This document shows positions 63,353 through 64,000 of a stretch of 64,000 nt of DNA, piece by piece. Position 1 is the stretch's first letter; each line of letters begins with the position of its first letter. Where the stretch lies: positions 29,493 to 93,492 of the forward strand of contig CAZSFZ010000003.1 of assembly GCA_964606385.1 (NCBI GenBank). The letters are read 5' to 3'. The notes beneath the pieces are model-generated. The model saw only the letters and a program-made list of their open reading frames with translations, was not told where the DNA came from and made no database searches. The position numbers were made by a program, and so were the translations under genes. The stretch is from an uncultured bacterium. GTDB lineage: Bacteria > Omnitrophota > Omnitrophia > Omnitrophales > Aquincolibacteriaceae.

Positions 63353-64000
63353 TCAGGCGGCTTCGAAGTGATGGCGCACTTCCTTGCCCTGTTTGAGATA
63401 GATCGTGTCTTCCGCGATATTATTGGCGAGATCCGCGATGCGTTCGAGATTGCGGCCGATCATGATAAAGTGCAGGGCGCGGCGCACAACCGAAGGATCC
63501 TTTTCCATCAAGCCCGCCATTTCTTCATAGAGCTTGTCGTTGAGGTCGTCGATCTTGTCGTCGCTTTGAAGCACTTTACGGGCAAGATCCACGTTCTCGT
63601 TCATAAAACAATCCAAGGCGTCCCGGACCATGCGCTGGACCGCTTCCGCCATACTGTTTAAAGGAAATTCGATCTTGAGAAAAGTCTCAGCTTGTAGGGC
63701 TTTGCCTTTTTCGGCAATATTGACCGCGTGGTCTCCCATCCGCTCGAGGTCGGTATTGATCTTGAGGATCATGGTCAGAAGCCTCAGGTCCCCAGCCACG
63801 GGTTGGGCGAGGGCAAAAAGAGCGTGGCCCTTTTCGTCGATCTCGATCTCAAGCTGGTTGATCATCGCTTCGTCCTTAAAAACAGCCTCCGCGAGGTCCG
63901 AAGACCGGGTCAGCAGCGCCTCGATCGATTTCTGGATCGCCCCTTCCACCAAGAGGCCCATCTGAAAAAGCTTTTGTTTCAAAGTTTTAAGTTCTTCCGC
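63353..64000 (-). CDS. phoU: Phosphate signaling complex protein PhoU (5' end beyond the window).
   Basis: Two PhoU repeats, each with an E/D..D metal motif (DLERMGDHAVNIAE; NLERIADLANNIAED). The reading frame continues past position 64000. Confidence 0.8.
   Translation of the reverse strand, partial: AEELKTLKQKLFQMGLLVEGAIQKSIEALLTRSSDLAEAVFKDEAMINQLEIEIDEKGHALFALAQPVAGDLRLLTMILKINTDLERMGDHAVNIAEKGKALQAETFLKIEFPLNSMAEAVQRMVRDALDCFMNENVDLARKVLQSDDKIDDLNDKLYEEMAGLMEKDPSVVRRALHFIMIGRNLERIADLANNIAEDTIYLKQGKEVRHHFEAA

Overview
This is a high-GC (roughly 60%) chromosomal segment from a Gram-negative-type bacterium. It is densely coding, mostly on the minus strand, and looks like an uncultivated lineage.

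Gene content, in order:
- a ROK glucokinase (partial)
- a 2016-aa autotransporter built from PATR repeats
- two paralogous CHASE2-GGDEF proteins, one with a degenerate GEDVF motif
- a homospermidine synthase block with an ICMT-family methyltransferase, a cupin and an Fe-ADH
- two LpxL-like lipid A acyltransferases
- an RlmD-like rRNA methyltransferase, a YgiQ radical-SAM protein and an Fe/Mn superoxide dismutase (sodB-like)
- a thyA-folA pair next to an ABC/GldG/DUF4340 operon
- a BI-1 family protein, an ArsC-like protein, a NUDIX hydrolase and GGT
- a split transketolase
- an SDR-recR-dnaX block (no ybaB between dnaX and recR)
- tRNA-Gly(TCC) and tRNA-Ser(CGA)
- a cell-envelope glycan block: O-antigen ligase, FAD oxidoreductase, WecA/MraY-family transferase, GT4
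- class II (B12) RNR nrdJ with NrdR-box-like palindromes upstream
- a folate/one-carbon operon: DUF1015-pabB-pabC-purH-folC-mnmE
- an inositol-lipid cassette (MIPS plus CDP-alcohol phosphatidyltransferase)
- a PiT/DUF47/PhoU phosphate block

The most unusual items:
1. A lower-GC islet (about 35.8-39.4 kb) abutting tRNA-Ser. It encodes a type IV pilin-like protein fused through a Gly/Ser linker to an HExxH domain, plus a TPR protein and a small membrane protein.
2. A 170-nt tRNA-Ser-derived structured element that repeats the tRNA's 18-nt 3' terminus including CCA.
3. A TATGAC-N-GTCATA palindrome about 90-105 nt downstream of both tRNA genes.
4. A family of GGGGAACG / CCGTTAACCG palindromic REP-like elements, at least five copies.
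5. In-frame repetitive or palindromic insertions in three consecutive folate genes: an 82-bp TIR element in folC, a 2x23-bp hairpin duplication in pabC, and (cgttcccc)x3 in pabB.

No CRISPR array, integrase or transposase was found. Many long antisense ORFs in the six-frame track are GC artefacts.
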